This document shows, piece after piece, positions 61,717 through 64,000 of a stretch of DNA of 64,000 bases. This DNA comes from Azolla caroliniana (taxonomy: Eukaryota > Plantae > Polypodiophyta), in contig JBHGNT010000015.1 in assembly GCA_043228905.1 (NCBI GenBank), forward strand, positions 1-64,000, in the 5' to 3' direction. The position numbers and the translations under genes were made by a program. Under the pieces are notes generated by a model. That model did not search any database. It was not told where the DNA came from and was given only the letters and a program-made list of their open reading frames with translations. The number at the start of each line of letters is the position of its first letter. Position 1 is the first letter of the stretch.

Positions 61717-61861
61717 GCGTGGGGGCTCTTGTGGCCCACTAGGCTTTGCCATAATCGAACTTTCTTCGAACATGTATTTGAAGCGATCTCCATCTTCTAA
61801 CTCTTGTTCAACAGATTCCGGGTCAAGCGGAGTCGGAGTCGAGGTTGTCTCCGGTGCGTAC

Positions 61862-64000
61862 TGTTGAACAACAGTGCTCGGCCACAACCGAGGAATAGGA
61901 TCAACTCGCAGAAAACGGGAAATACACAGTGCACGAGGACAATAGAGAGAAAGGTACACTGGATGTTTTACGTGGAAAACCCTAAATGGGAAAAACCACG
62001 GAAGTCCTCAAGCTCCAACTATCACTATGAACAGAGATGTACACTGGTGAAGCTACAAGGCAACAACCTTGAGCTCACTGTCTTCGCCACAGGCGGCGGT
62101 ATTACACAGAGGCGTCGACCTCTTCCTCTCTCTCCCTCTCTCTCTCTCGGTTGCTCTCACTTTGCTCTCTCGGCTGAAACCATAAAAATGAGCAACAACA
62201 TAAACTGTTTGCCCTAAGTCATATTTATACACATATGACTTTCGGGCTATTTACAAATATAGCCTCAAGGGCTCTTGGCAAACATATTCATAAATATGTC
62301 CCCGCATCCGGATCTCTCTCCGGGTACATTCGTCATCCGGCTCCGTAACCGGGGTCTTCAGCATCCGGCTCCGTAGTCGGGGTCTTCAGCATCCGGCTCC
62401 GTAGTCGCAACCGGGCTTGCCGTCATTCATCTCCGGACATCCCATCTGGAGGGACCGAAATCCCAACAAACTCCCCCTTCACTTCGGCATGGGATGTCTC
62501 TCCAATCCGATCCTCTTCCGGCATGCTTCCAGCTTGTCGGGTGTAAGTACCTTGGTCAGCATATCCGACCCGTTCTCGTCCGTGTGGATCTTCGTCAGCA
62601 CGAACTCCTTGTCTTCTATCCTTTCCCGGATCCAGTGGTATCTACGCTGGATGTGCTTCGTCCGGGAATGATAGGCCGCATTCTTCGCAAGGTGGATGGC
62701 ACTCTGACTGTCGCAGTAGAGTCGGTACTCCTCCTGCCGGATACCGAGCTCTCTAATGAAGTCCTTCATCCATATTATTTCCTTGCCGGCTTCAACAGCC
62801 GCCATGTACTCCGCCTCCGTGGTTGACAACGCAACCGTCTTCTGCAGCCTCGACTGCCACGAAACAGCTCCCCCTGCATACGTCATCACATACCCTGATG
62901 TGGACCGGCTGGTATCTGCATCAGCCGACATATCCGAATCGGTAAAGCCGTCGAGTTCGGGCTTACCGGAGCCGAATCGGAGGCACACGTTTGCCGTGCC
63001 CTTCAGGTATCGGAGTATCCACTTGACCGCGTTCCAGTGCTCCTTGCCGGGATTACTCATATACCGGCTCACCACTCCGACTGCGTATCCAATGTCCGGT
63101 CGGGTACACACCATTGCGTACATCAAGCTCCCGACGGCAGAGGCATATGGTATCTTCATCATATCCTCCTTTTCAACTTTTGTCTTGGGACTTTGCTTGC
63201 TGGACAACTTGCAGTTTGCCGGGAGAGTTGACCCGACCGGTCTTGCTTCCGACATGTTGAACCTGTGAAGCACCTTTGTCACGTACTTCTCCTGTGACAG
63301 CCACAACTGCTTCTTGTTCCGGTTCCGGATGATGTGCATCCCTAGTATTTGCCTCGCCGGACCCAGGTCCTTCATTGAGAAGGTTCGGTGGAGTGCTTTC
63401 TTCAGCATCCGTATCTTGACCTGGTCCCGTCCAACGATCAACATGTCGTCCACGTACAGGAGGAGTATTAGAAAGTCTCCTCCTTCGAACTTCTTCACAA
63501 ACACGCAGTGATCGGACTGCGTTTTGTGGTACCCTTCGTCGGTCATGAAGGAGTCGAACTTCCGGTACCACTGCCGGGGAGCCTGCTTCAGTCCGTAAAG
63601 GCTCTTCTTCAACCGGCATACCAGGTGCTCCTTCCCTTTCTTCTCGAATCCTTCCGGTTGCTGCATGTAGATCTCTTCTTCGAGGTCACCAATAAGGAAT
63701 GCCGTCTTCACGTCCATCTGTTCTACCTCGAGGTCCATGCTTGCCGCTATGCTCAGCACCGTCCGGATGGAGGTCATCTTCACTACCGGGGCAAATATCT
63801 CGTCGAAGTCGACGCCCTTCTTCTGCTGGAACCCCTTCACCACGATCCTGGCTTTGTATCTCGGGGGGTTTTCGGCATCTCCCGGTTTCAGCTTGAACAC
63901 CCACTTGTTTCGAAGTGCCCGCTTTCCTTTCGGCAACTCCACAAGTTCATATGTGTGGTTCTCATGCAGGGAATCCATCTCCTCCTACATGGCACTTAAC
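61862..64000 (-). mobile_element. Second copia copy (3' part; runs off the window), 3' LTR 61862-62468
   Basis: PPT complement CTCCCCCTTC just inside the LTR; minus-strand LTR starts TGTTGGGATT; ~28-bp tandem repeats at 62334-62407. Confidence 0.95.
62479..64000 (-). pseudogene. pol: Copia RT-RNase H, near-identical to the C-terminal half of 47493-51569 but with a premature stop
   Basis: CAG->TAG at 63985-63987 (LSAM*EEMDS versus LSAMQDEMDS); FLIGDL versus FLHGDL. Confidence 0.88.

Noticed and set aside
47546-63999. Antisense and alternate-frame ORFs over the retroelement genes, and LTR ORFs such as 53399-53641 and 61418-61867
   Set aside because: Shadow ORFs of GC-rich coding sequence or microsatellite translations with no recognisable motifs.

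Overview
Eukaryotic, almost certainly land-plant heterochromatin; the retroelement mix suggests a bryophyte or other non-seed plant (inference). No host genes are evident. Bases 1-46045 are a 178-bp satellite array in three layers (A 1-22160, B 22161-~38370, C ~38370-46045) with higher-order repeats. Three retroelement remnants interrupt it: an LTR-less 6.9-kb Athila/Tat-like Ty3/gypsy body containing a copia solo LTR, a gypsy solo LTR, and a one-ended LTR+gag stub. From 46042 on is a nest: a decayed non-chromovirus gypsy ('family G') carrying an intact, very young Tnt1/Tto1-like copia (46888-52154) and an intact, very young chromovirus (53285-59059), then the 3' part of a second copia. Top observations: (1) two unrelated gypsy families carry an antisense, tRNA-like Pol III A-box/B-box cassette with identical spacing in their LTRs; (2) the chromovirus has a Tf1-type self-priming signature instead of a tRNA PBS; (3) it has a complete -1 frameshift signal. 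All coordinates and comparisons were read by eye.
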